Program-made: the position numbers and the translations under genes
Notes under the pieces: generated by a model
What the model was told of the DNA's origin: nothing
Databases searched by the model: none
What the model saw: the letters and a program-made list of their open reading frames with translations, nothing else
Shown: positions 10,877 to 21,600 of the stretch, in pieces
Position numbering within the stretch: the stretch's first letter is position 1
Layout: every line of letters begins with the position of its first letter
Assembly: GCA_019828565.1 (NCBI GenBank)
Contig: JAHDYR010000062.1
Coordinates: 171,566-235,565, forward strand
Reading direction: 5' to 3'
From: Carpediemonas membranifera BICM
Taxonomy: Eukaryota; Protista; Fornicata
DNA: 64,000 nucleotides

Positions 10877-13800
10877 CTATTCCACCTTGAAGCTGTTGTA
10901 AACCTTTGCCAGTTCCCGTAGTCCTGCCGTGAGGCCTTCCCCAAATGTCCTCCGAGCCCCATATTATTAGTTGCTGTAATTCTAGGATGGGTCTTTCCTG
11001 GTACCATTCGCCCTGGGGGGCCCTGCCTTACTTCCAAGTCCTTAGTTTTGTGCTTCGCTGCTGTCCACAGCTTTTGTCCAAGCTTCTCCCCTGTCTACTG
11101 CCGGGCATTCACAGATTATGTGCGCTGCCGATCCCTAGCCTCTGGCCCTCTGCCCACTCCCTGATCATTTCCTGCTTCCTTGCTGGTCCTGGCTTTTTCC
11201 CTAATGATCCTGTAGAACAGGCTCACCTCCGACTCCTCCGAGCATAGGGGGCATAGTCTGCTAATTTCTCTCTTCAGGTCAGCGCCTTGGGCCAGCTCTG
11301 TGATGGCTCTCATAGGGCCCTCCCTCTCTCTGCCGACGATGGGGATGGGCTGACATTGGCTGCAATGGATACAATTCTCTTCCATTCCGCCCTGCTTTGC
11401 CCCTTCCCAGCCTTTCGGTCTACCGTAGGCTTACCTTTGCAGACACTTGCTTAATTTCCCTTGTCCCCATGATTTCCATTAGTCCTAGTGCCGTACGGCT
11501 TTTGCACCGCTTCATCCACCCCCTCCTGATCGTTTCCATGCCATAATCCAGTAGCGCTGGTTTAGGGGCTCTCTCTGGTGCCCTCCAGTAGATGCTGCAC
11601 TCTCCCCTAGCTTCCCACATAACCGTGCCCCGCCCCCATTCTCTGTTTCTGACTGGTATATCCCTGGTCCCTGTAGTTGACTATCCTTTTTGACTGCCAG
11701 CCATTCCATGTGTGCCTGGAGGTCCACCCATCCATTCATCAGCCTCATGGCTGCGCCCCCTCCCGGTCCTGTTCCTGCCATGATTCCCTGCCAGTCATTC
11801 CAGATCCTTCTACCTCCCGGTGCGTTCCCCCACACCTCGACTCCGAAGAGGATCCTGGGCCATATATATATTTCCAGTAGTAGCCTGCTCGCTAGTGCTG
11901 GCATGTTTGCCCTGGTCCACCCTGCCCATCTCACCAGTCTCTTGTACCTTTCGCTCTGCTCCTGTTTCCGCCTTATGCAGGCCGACGCTAGGGTCCTTCC
12001 CACTTGCGATCCATAATCCCAGGTATCTCGCCTCCTTCTCTGGCAGTAGTGTTACCCCCTCGATCCTGACTAGGGGCTGTTCTGTCCACGCTAATCATTA
12101 CATTCTTCTGGGCGTTCACCCTCATTTCATGCTCTCTGATTATGTCCACCATTATGTTGGCGACCATCTGGCTATGCTCCGGTTTTGCTCCCTGTGACCG
12201 CAGTGTCATCCACAAACATGGTAAGTGCTGCCGGTAGTCGGTCGCTGAGGGTGGCTCGTGGTCCTTGGCGGTTCTCTGATGTCGTACCGTTCTCCCTTGA
12301 TTTTTCTTTCTGGCCAGGTGGGGCCAGTTAGCCATGAACAGCACAAACAGTGTCGGTGCCAGGACGCACCCTTGCTTAACTCCCCTGTTGGTTCTTTCCC
12401 ATGCCTTTGCCCCCTTGACTGATATCCAGGGTTTCCTTTATTGTGCCTTGAATTGCCCTGATCAAGTGCTCCTCCACCCCCATACCCTGTAGCTTATCCA
12501 TGAGAATGTCCCTTGGTACCGTGTCATATGCCTTCTCGATGTCCAGAAAGATTGACGTGGTCTCACCCCCTCCTGGTGCCGCTGCACGATGTACTGTATC
12601 TGCTGGATGACGTCCCTGTCTGACTGGAAACCAGCCTGTTCTCTTGGTATGAACCTTTTTCGTTGCTGCTTCCAGACGTATCTTGAGCAATCTACCATAG
12701 ACCCTGTACAGCAGTGGTGTCAAGGATATTGGTCTATATGATTCCGGCTTGACCCTTGGCTTCCCTTTTCTTGTGTATGGCCGACACTGTGGCATACTTC
12801 CATGCTTTGGGTACGTCGCCCTCCCTGTAGACCCTGTTGATGAGCCTCGTCACTTCCCTAAGGCCTTTCTCATCCAGCTCTCTCAGCATGTCTCCAGATG
12901 TGAGGTCAGGCCCTGGTGCGGTGTCCCTCCTGATCCTTTTTGATTGCGGCTTTGACCTCGCTTTCCTTGAACTCATTTCCGTCCCTGCCCTCCATGTCTT
13001 TCCAGGTGGGTTCCCTGCCTCTGCTGACTCTAGCATACTGTTTGCAGAGGATCTCGCTGATGGCCGCCTTGTCCGTGGTTATCACTCCGTCCTTGAGGAG
13101 GCTCTCCGGCATTCCCTTGTATTGGTTGTCACACCACCACCTTCTGATGGCAGCTTCCACTGAGGGCCCTTGAGGGCCCTATACCCCCTTTTTTGCACTT
13201 CTGCTGATGTCGGCCACCCATTTGGCCCTGCGCTCTCCCCAGTATTTCTCCAGCTCCTCTTTCATCCTTTCCTTCCTGGTCCTGTTGCCTATTTCTGTCC
13301 ATGGGGTTCGCTGGAGTTCGCTCCACACTCCGTTCCCGAACACTTTGTCCCTTGCCTTTGCTCCCCTGTTGTTCACTGGGTCGCCCATGCATGCTCTTAT
13401 AGTCTCTTCCCATTGGTCCGAGCTCTTGATCCTGTTCGGCTTTGGGACTGTGACTGGCCCCTCCTTCTTTTTCATGGGCCGGGTGTGCACCTCGGGTATG
13501 GCCAGAGCCACGTCTCGCTCACTTCTGCCATAGTACCGTTGTTCCTTCCATGCTAGTGTGATTCCATTGTGTGCTGAGCCCCCATACCCCGACCTTCTGA
13601 GACTCTACCACCTCAATCTCCGCCCCTGGATTCCTGGTGTTGTCACTGCAAAGTCCGGGGTTGATGTTCCTGATGTGAGCGTCCCAGACTTGGGTATGAT
13701 GGCTTTGAGCCTGTGCTTCTCCATCATATCCTTCCACCGGGTGGATCTTTCCATCTGGCCTGGGTCGATGTTCCAGTCTCCCATAATTATGGCCTCCATG

Positions 13801-14337
13801 CTCCCTTTCATGTCCATGATCTTCTGTATAGTGTCCCTGAATCCATCCTTCTCCTGCTTGCTGTGGCCGGATGGAGGGCCATACGTTGATGACTAGTATG
13901 TCCCTGCCGGTTCTCATTATGCTGGCTTGCACTCTTCCCGATAGGCTGTCCGTTATGCCGATGTCCCACTTTGCAGTTGCGTGTGGGCTCACTATCGATG
14001 CCGATGCCTTCCCTTGTTCCCTTCCATCTTGGCGCAGGTTCGTCATTGCCTGCTATGCCTAGTTGTCGGTTGATGCGGTGCTGACTTTTTGACATCCGCC
14101 TTTCGTTTTTCGTTGGCTAAGACCAGGTCCTCTTCCGTCTCCCTCCCTGCTGAGTGCGTAGTCAAGGTCCATGAAGCAATGAACCCTCGTATTCGCCGTT
14201 CTCCATGTCTCTTGTATGAGTACTGCCTCTATGTCCTTCAACCTTAGCTGAATCGCCGTTGCCATAGACGCCGTGAAGTCCTTTCCTCTTCCTATGTGTC
14301 CCTCTGTGTTCAGACTAAGTATCTTGTAGGTTACCAT
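10877..14337 (-). CDS. ORF2 copy B: APE endonuclease - reverse transcriptase - CCHC zinc finger (~1150 aa, reconstructed across frameshifts)
   Basis: Starts MVTYKILSLNTEG. APE motifs LIQET, INVYGP, IIMGDWN, TPDFAV. RT motifs APGPD, YRPISL, QAGF, FLDIEKAYDTV, GVKQGCVLAP, FVDD (12205-12216), YLG. Then CPLC...HIICECP; ends ...KVYNSFKVE* (TAG at 10877-10879). Confidence 0.92.
11102..11253 (-). other. C-terminal CCHC zinc finger of ORF2 (CPLC-x~37-HIICEC)
   Basis: Continuous in copy D (ORF 43347-43739: PLCSEE...AAHIICECP); H-x4-C pattern typical of non-LTR ORF2 C-termini. Confidence 0.65.
12015..12925 (-). other. Reverse transcriptase domain, copy B
   Basis: Non-LTR RT motifs in the expected order from APGPD to RYLG; best preserved in copy C (ORFs 28631-29050 and 27866-28474). 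Confidence 0.95.
13550..14337 (-). other. APE (exonuclease III-like) endonuclease domain, copy B
   Basis: N-x-x-G (LNTEG), QET, NVYGP, GDWN, PDF and a terminal WNH motif in APE order. Confidence 0.9.
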
Positions 14338-14513
14338 TGCCTTTGTCCTGTTTCCTTATCCTGCGAATTCCCAGAATTTGGGGCCCCAACTTCCCGCTCC
14401 TCTCCTGCTATCCTTGTCCTAACAAGGGGCTAGATACCGGTCTCGGTGACCCTTGTCAGGCCAACCTTGTTACCACCTGGTGACCTTCCATTCTTCGGGC
14501 GGGGTACTTGGGA

Positions 14514-14609
14514 GGGGGACGATATGACGTGACCCCCCCTTTGGCTGCCGCTACAGCCTACCGGCAGTGCATTTCAGCTAATGCCGGGCCCTGGAGTGGG
14601 AGCCAGGGC
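14514..14609. promoter_or_regulatory. Cluster of four adjacent hairpins in the ORF1-ORF2 spacer (putative structured RNA)
   Basis: GGGGG/CCCCC (14514-14537), GGCTG/CAGCC (14543-14558), CCGGCA/TGCCGG (14561-14587), GCCCTGG/CCAGGGC (14588-14609); also present in copies C and D. Function is inferred. Confidence 0.4.
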
Positions 14610-14656
14610 TTGTGAATTATAAAGAAAATGTTGCTTGTTCCTTGAAGAATACTGCT

Positions 14657-17600
14657 TTACCATGTCCTTACTCCTCCTCCGTGGACTCCCCACTGCCGCT
14701 GCAGCTGTCCTCGGCCTGACTCACTTGCTGTCCTTGTAGACTCTGCATTACCGTGATGAACTGGGTCATCAGGTCCATGGAGTGAGATCTGCTTGGCCTT
14801 CTTAGCCTTCTTGTGCTTGTGCCGGGGGGATCGTGGGCTTCTCCTTGCTGGGCTTAGTCGCGACGCCGGAGAGCACCAACCTTCCGTGGCCTTGCTCTTG
14901 CATGAGTCGGGCAGCCTTGAGCGCTGAGATCTCTTGTTGCGCCTCTGCCAGCTGCTTTCGGAGCCGCAGCTTCTCCGAGTCCATGCCGGTTGCCTGTCTG
15001 CTTCCAGACTCCCAGTCCATGTCCTCTTCGTGCCTGCTTCTCTTTCCGCTGTCCGAGTCCATGATCCTACTCGTGCTGCCCTCCTTGCGCTTGAGCGTCG
15101 TGGAGGAAGAGTGATCCTTGCTGTTGTCCATGCCTCCCTCTGAGCCTCTACCGGCCCAGGTGTTCCCGCTGAACGAGCCTCTCATCTGCGTTCCCGTGTT
15201 GTCCTGTCTCTCCCTGTCGTCTCCTCCGTGGTTGCGATCCGAGGTCCTGTTCATGTTACCAGCTCTGTCGCCGGTTCTGTCGTCAGCTCTGACACCAGCT
15301 CTACCGCCGGCTCCGTGTCCTACCCTTCTGTCCTCTTCCCTGTCTCCATGCTGGTCGTGATGTCCTTGATCCGCGTCCTGGCCGAAGTGCCTGCCCACCA
15401 TCCTGGTGCTAATCCGCCTCGCCTTTTCCTCCAGGCCGTTGTCCGAAGAACCTACTTTGGTATGGCTGTTCCGGACTTTCCGTCGATGGTGGGGACATAC
15501 GTGATGCCTGGGACATTGACTGTGTTGGCTCTGGGCTCGTCCGGGATAGCTGCCGAGACTAGTCTGGCCCCTTCCTTGCGCATGCGGCTTAGGATGGTCC
15601 CAGCCTCGCTGACCCTGACCATGCCCCCAGTCTCTCGGGATGAAGCTCGCCCCTAGGGTGATCCTACCCCTGTTCCTGGGGGGCCTTGACGTTGACTATG
15701 ACCTTCTCATAGTCCCTGAGGCTCTCTGCTAGGTCGTCGCAGCCCCAGACTCCTTGATGAGCCGTAGCCTCCTTCGAGGGCCACCACTCGTATAGCATGG
15801 CCATGGTTATGATGTCCTCCTCCCTTGCTGCCCCTAGGCCCTTCCTGACGCGTACCATGCGGAGCTGGTTTAGCCGTGGCTCTTTCCATGATGGTCCATA
15901 GCGGGCTTCTCTCCAGTACACCTTCGTTGTCCATGATTGTGAGGGGGGCCGGTAAGATGCCCTTCATGCCCAACAGAACCTCCCCGAACCCGAAGCCGAT
16001 GCCGAAGCGGTGTCCGTTGTCCGGGACTACGAGGGATCCTGTCGCCGACTTCCCTGCTGACGTCCCTTGCGTCCCCGATCGGGTACGTGCCGAAGATCTC
16101 AAAGGTGTCCCTCCTTGTCGCGAATTCCGGGCCTCCCATGATATCCATGCCCGGCTCCGCCTTCCCGACTGCTTCCATGGTCTTGTCGAGTGCCTTACCC
16201 ATGTAGTGGTAGACGTCTGGGGTGCTCATCCTCTCCTTGCATGGGGCCCTGATCCTGGCTGTGAAGACTACTGTATCCGCCAACCCACAGTGGTAGCAAC
16301 CCGCGGTGTGTCTGTGGTACGGACAGACTCCCTTGGGCTCGCTCCTGTTCTGCCATCCATTTGACCATGTTGTTGCTGCTTCCGGGTAGTTGGCCTTGTC
16401 GAGGTTGTCCCTGAGGTTTTGGCCAGCCTCCTCCTTGCCGTTGTTCTCCAGGATCTCTGGTAGCTTCTTCTCGTCCACCAGCCTAGCTTGGAAGAATTCC
16501 CTGGTTCCTTGCTCCAGTCCATTTGTGGGGTTCGTGAGGAGGAAGCTTTCCATCTCCACCCCTTTGCATACATGATTATCTTCCAACCCTCCGACCTTTC
16601 GATCCTTGCCAGCTGAGCCGCCAGGCGGTTGGCCCCAGTCCCTGAAAGTATGTATGTGCTTCTCATACTCGATCGGCGGCCGCCCCGTCCCGACCTCCAC
16701 GAAGGTGGCCGGCGGCAGCCTTCGTCACTACCCATGCCGTGTACCTCGCTTGGTCCATGCTTGCTGCCGGTATGTCCTGGTAATACAGGCCATGCCCGTG
16801 TCCAAGAATGTCCCCAGTGCTGAGGTCAAAGAGTACGATCCCGCCCTCAACCGGGATGGCGGGGATCCCTACCTTCTTGACGCCAGGGTCTGCGCACTCG
16901 AAGTCGATGGCTCCGATCACCAGTCGTTTCTCCTTGTCCTTTCTAGGCATCCTCGGCGGCTGGCTGCTGACCTTGTTTGAGTCGACCTCCTCGTCCTGGT
17001 CGATCTTGCCTTGGTTGGCCCCGACCATGTCCTTGTTCACTTCCAGGAGGCTGTCGTCGAGGCTTCTTCTGCCGGGCATGGTGGCCTGCTGGCGTCGTTC
17101 CTCCTTGTCCTTGACATGTTGCTCCTCGTCTCCGTCGATGACCGTGCTAGCGGACGACCTGTCCAGATCGGCATGTTCGTCCCTATTGCTGCGGACCGAG
17201 GTGGCCTTGAGCACTTCCAGCCTCACCTTCCGGAACGGCGGCTCGTTGCTAAGGGGGTCTCCTCCCCTTCGCCCAGGATATTGGTTCTGCCCTTCAGGTA
17301 GATCCCTGACTTGTTCCATGCTGCCTGCCATATGGCCGGGGCCTCCGGTGCCTGAAGCCTGAGGGATGTCCCTAGCCTCCTCCATGAAGCGGCTGATGGA
17401 CCATGCTGACGTGTCGCTTAGCTCTAGGATGACCCTGTACTTGCCGTCCTCTTGCTCGTAGGCCACTCTGGTGACCGGGCCTTGGTTTTGCCGGATCCCA
17501 TACCTTGTCGTAAGGCACGCCTTCTACGGCCTCGTCTCCATGAGCCCCTGATACCAGTATGAACGACCCTTCGGCCTTCTTGACGCTGTCCCTGTCTACA

Positions 17601-18548
17601 TCCCATTCGATGGGCCCATCTTCCCTTCGGCTTGAGGATCGCCGTCTCGATGTCCTTCTCAGATGGCCATCTTGCCATGCCAGTGAAGCCCGCTTTCAGC
17701 GTCTTGGGCTCCAGTGCCTGTGCCATGTCCTTTGCTTCCTCGTCTCTGGGGTTGAGCGCCTCTGTGAGCATGTAGAAAAGGTCGCGGAGGCCGTGGATGC
17801 CGCATGGGTTCCTGAGGATGATGTCCTTGTTGTCAGTGACGCCGGTTGCGAAGAGGATGCGTCTGGCGTTCATGATTACTTCCTTGCGTCCTTTGGAGTT
17901 CGCATTGAGCGACTTTCCTGTAAACTTGCCTGTTCTGCGAAGAAGTAGAGTCCTTGAATCGTTCCTTTCAGCGAGGAAGCTGTCCAGTAGTTCCCTGATG
18001 TCCTCCCACTGCTTCTGCGTGGAATCCCTGATCCTTGTCGGTATTTCTACCTGCATTGTTGAGTGCAAAAATTTCTCCCCTTTTCCTGGTCCATAAACTG
18101 GGTCGGAATTTTTTTGGGTCCGAAAGTCGGGCCACATGTACATATCCGGGTGAGGTCTCCGTCCAGGCCTTCCAGTTTCTCCCATTGTCCATGCTCCGTA
18201 CTATATAGGCCATTCTTTCAAAAAGGCGCGGTCCTAAAAAAATGCGTCGCCCTTTTTCTGAGTAGCGGGGCCTTTCTGTGTAGTTGTTGTTGCTTTGTTC
18301 GTAGTCTCCTTTTTAGCCTCTATCGACGGCCCCTGTTTCCCTTTTTGTGCTGCCCTTCCTTCCTTGTGGTCTTGACAAAACCATGTAGCCGCCGGTGCTA
18401 GCACTGGCCCTCGACGGTTGTTTTCCTTTTCCTTGTAAACATACGTTCCATGAAGACACTTTGATTCCTTGGTATGGGCGTGGAGCTCCCACTCGCGCCC
18501 AGCGGTATGCCCTGATAGCAACCCTTGAATGTTCAGACAGGAGGCCAA
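14657..18548 (-). CDS. ORF1 copy B (~1200-1300 aa): unknown N-terminal region, DEDDh/ECHC exonuclease, unknown domain, low-complexity region, coiled coil, basic tail
   Basis: Fragments 18234-18548, 17424-18185, 16663-17466, 15870-16700, 15707-16102, 15664-15921 and 14802-15401 chain together by comparison with other copies; ends ...GGGVRTW* (TAA at 14657-14659). Start codon uncertain. Confidence 0.75.
16260..16925 (-). other. DEDDh/ECHC exonuclease domain, copy B
   Basis: IDFEC at 16894-16908, in frame with PAIPVEGGIVLFDL (ORF 16663-17466); CPYHRHTAGCYHCGLAD at 16275-16325. Confidence 0.78.
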
Positions 18549-18662
18549 GGCCGCTCCTTCTGAGCTCCATGGGGCACTGCCCTATCCATATAGGCCAGGC
18601 CTGTTGGTCCTTGTCCATCCATGATCGAAGTGTTTCCACTTTGCTGAAATCATTGGTGAACT

Positions 18663-18676
18663 GACCCCCAAATGGC
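18663..18676 (+). other. Target-site duplication, right copy, element B
   Basis: GACCCCCAAATGGC directly after the element's 5' end; identical junctions at 2411 and 34933. Confidence 0.9.
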
Positions 18677-21600
18677 GAGTCGGACGCGAACGGGCAGCGC
18701 GCTCCTGGAATCAGCAGAGCGATACTCACTCCACGTATTCCGGTAGCGCGCGGTCCGGCGCCCTCCGCCCGCCTCGATGCTCGGCCGACCCAACTCGACC
18801 CTCGTCTGGATGCGACAGAGCAGGCGATTCCGGCCGAGCTCTGGAGATGAATAGTAGATGCATATGGTGCGTTTACTGACAGTGCGCTGCGTGCGTGCAG
18901 CGTGAGTGTGGGGTGTTCATTCAGAGTCGAGATGTGACTCGACTCCCAAAACGATGAGTCGGACGCGAACGGGCAGCGCGCTCCTGGAATCAGCAGAGCG
19001 ATACTCACTCCACGTATTCCGGTAGCGCGCGGTCCGGCGCCCTCCGCCCGCCTCGATGCTCGGCCGACCCAACTCGACCCTCGTCTGGATGCGACAGAGC
19101 AGGCGATTCCGGCCGAGCTCTGGATCTGAATAGTAGATGCATATGGTGCGTTTACTGACAGTGCGCTGCGTGCGTGCAGCGTGAGTGTGGGAGTGTTCAT
19201 TCAGAGTCGAGATGTGACTCGACTCCCAAAAACGATGAGTCGGACGCGAACGGGCAGCGCGCTCCTGGAATCAGCAGAGCGATACTCACTCCACGTAGTC
19301 CGGTAGCGCGCGGTCCGGCGCCCTCCGCCCGCCTCGATGCTCGGCCGACCCAACTCGACCCTCGTCTGGATGCGACAGAGCAGGCGATTCCGGCCGAGCT
19401 CTGGATCTGAATAGTAGATGCATATGGTGCGTTTTACTGACAGTGCGCTGCGTGCGTGCAGCGTGAGTGTGGGGTGTTCATTCAGAGTCGAGATGTGACT
19501 CGACCCCCAAATGGCGAGTCGGACGCGAACGGGCAGCGCGCTCCTGGAATCAGCAGAGCGATACTCACTCCACGTATTCCGGTAGCGCGCGGTCCGGCGC
19601 CCTCCGCCCGCCTCGATGCTCGGCCGACCCAACTCGACCCTCGTCTGGATGCGACAGAGCAGGCGACTCCGGCCGAGCTCTGGATCTGAATAGTAGACAC
19701 ATGCATGGTGCGTTTACTGACAGTGCGCTGCGTGCGTGCAGCGTGAGTGTGGGGTGTTCATTCAGAGTCGAGATGTGACTTGACCCCCAAATGGCGAGTC
19801 GGACGCGAACGGGCAGCGCGCTCCTGGAATCAGCAGAGCGATACTCACTCCACGTATTCCGGTAGCGCGCGGTCCGGCGCCCTCCGCCCGCCTCGATGCT
19901 CGGCCGACCCAACTCGACCCTCGTCTGGATGCGACAGAGCAGGCGATTCCGGCCGAGCTCTGGATCTGAATAGTAGATGCATATGGTGCGTTTACTGACA
20001 GTGCGCTGCGTGCGTGCAGCGTGAGTGTGGGGTGTTCATTCAGAGTCGAGATGTGACTCGACTCCCAAAACGATGAGTCGGACGCGAACGGGCAGCGCGC
20101 TCCTGGAATCAGCAGAGCGATACTCACTCCACGTAGTCCGGTAGCGCGCGGTCCGGCGCCCTCCGCCCGCCTCGATGCTCGGCCGACCCAACTCGACCCT
20201 CGTCTGGATGCGACAGAGCAGGCGATTCCGGCCGAGCTCTGGATCTGAATAGTAGATGCATATGGTGCGTTTACTGACAGTGCGCTGCGTGCGTGCAGCG
20301 TGAGTGTGGGGTGTTCATTCAGAGTCGAGATGTGACTCGACTCCCCAAAATGTAATGAGTCGGACGCGAACGGGCAGCGCGCTCCTGGAATCAGCAGAGC
20401 GATACTCACTCCACGTATTCCGGTAGCGCGCGGTCCGGCGCCCTCCGCCCGCCTCGATGCTCGGCCGACCCAACTCGACCCTCGTCTGGATGCGACAGAG
20501 CAGGCGACTCCAGCCGAGCTCTGGAGATGAATAGTAGATGCATATGGTGCGTTTACTGACAGTGCGCTGCGTGCGTGCAGCGTGAGTGTGGGGTGTTCAT
20601 TCAGAGTCGAGATGTGACTCGACTCCCAAAACGATGAGTCGGACGCGAACGGGCAGCGCGCTCCTGGAATCAGCAGAGCGATACTCACTCCACGTAGTCC
20701 GGTAGCGCGCGGTCCGGCGCCCTCCGCCCGCCTCGATGCTCGGCCGACCCAACTCGACCCTCGTCTGGATGCGACAGAGCAGGCGATTCCGGCCGAGCTC
20801 TGGATCTGAATAGTAGATGCATATGGTGCGTTTACTGACAGTGCGCTGCGTGCGTGCAGCGTGAGTGTGGGGTGTTCATTCAGAGTCGAGATGTGACTCG
20901 ACTCCCCAAATAACGAGAGTCGGACGCGAACGGGCAGCGCGCTCCTGGAATCAGCAGAGCGATACTCACTCCACGTATTCCGGTAGCGCGCGGTCCGGCG
21001 CCCTCCGCCCGCCTCGATGCTCGGCCGACCCAACTCGACCCTCGTCTGGATGCGACAGGCAGGCGATTCCGGCCGAGCTCTGGAGATGAATAGTAGATGC
21101 ATATGGTGCGTTTACTGACAGTGCGCTGCGTGCGTGCAGCGTGAGTGTGGGGTGTTCATTCAGAGTCGAGATGTGACTCGACCCCCAAAATGACGAGTCG
21201 GACGCGAACGGGCAGCGCGCTCCTGGAATCAGCAGAGCGATATTCACTCCACGTAGTCCGGTAGCGCGCGGTCCGGCGCCCTCCGCCCGCCTCGATGCTC
21301 GGCCGACCCAACTCGACCCTCGTCTGGATGCGACAGAGCAGGCGACTCCGGCCGAGCTCTGGAGATCTGAATAGTAGATGCATATGGTGCGTTTACTGAC
21401 AGTGCGCTGCGTGCGTGCAGCGTGAGTGTGGGGTGTTCATTCAGAGTCGAGATGTGACTCGACTCCCCAAATGGCGAGTCGGACGCGAACGGGCAGCGCG
21501 CTCCTGGAATCAGCAGAGCGATACTCACTCCACGTATTCCGGTAGCGCGCGGTCCGGCGCCCTCCGCCCGCCTCGATGCTCGGCCGACCCAACTCGACCC

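Larger units (their letters stand above)
9970..18662 (-). mobile_element. Full-length site-specific APE-type non-LTR retrotransposon copy B (~8.7 kb, ORF1 + ORF2)
   Basis: APE and RT motifs in ORF2, long ORF1, 14-bp TSD, no LTRs; the 3' end reads ...ATAAATTTCTTTCTTT on the coding strand. Confidence 0.95.

Noticed and set aside
10877-18548. Calling the ORFs pseudogenes, or invoking an alternative genetic code
   Set aside because: Breaks differ between copies and sit mostly in homopolymers. The TAG at 1838-1840 is TGG or CAG in other copies.
9970-18662. Bacterial RT system (group II intron, retron, DGR) or LTR/Penelope element
   Set aside because: N-terminal APE, non-LTR RT motifs, CCHC finger and a TSD define a LINE-type element; no LTRs, integrase or GIY-YIG domain seen.
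19762-21102. Long minus-strand ORFs through the arrays (93-aa repeat protein, apparently continuing into the element)
   Set aside because: The cleanest units are 278 bp, so the frame shifts each unit. Allelic changes are mostly non-synonymous (I/L, I/V, CM/YA), and open frames are expected in GC-rich repeats.
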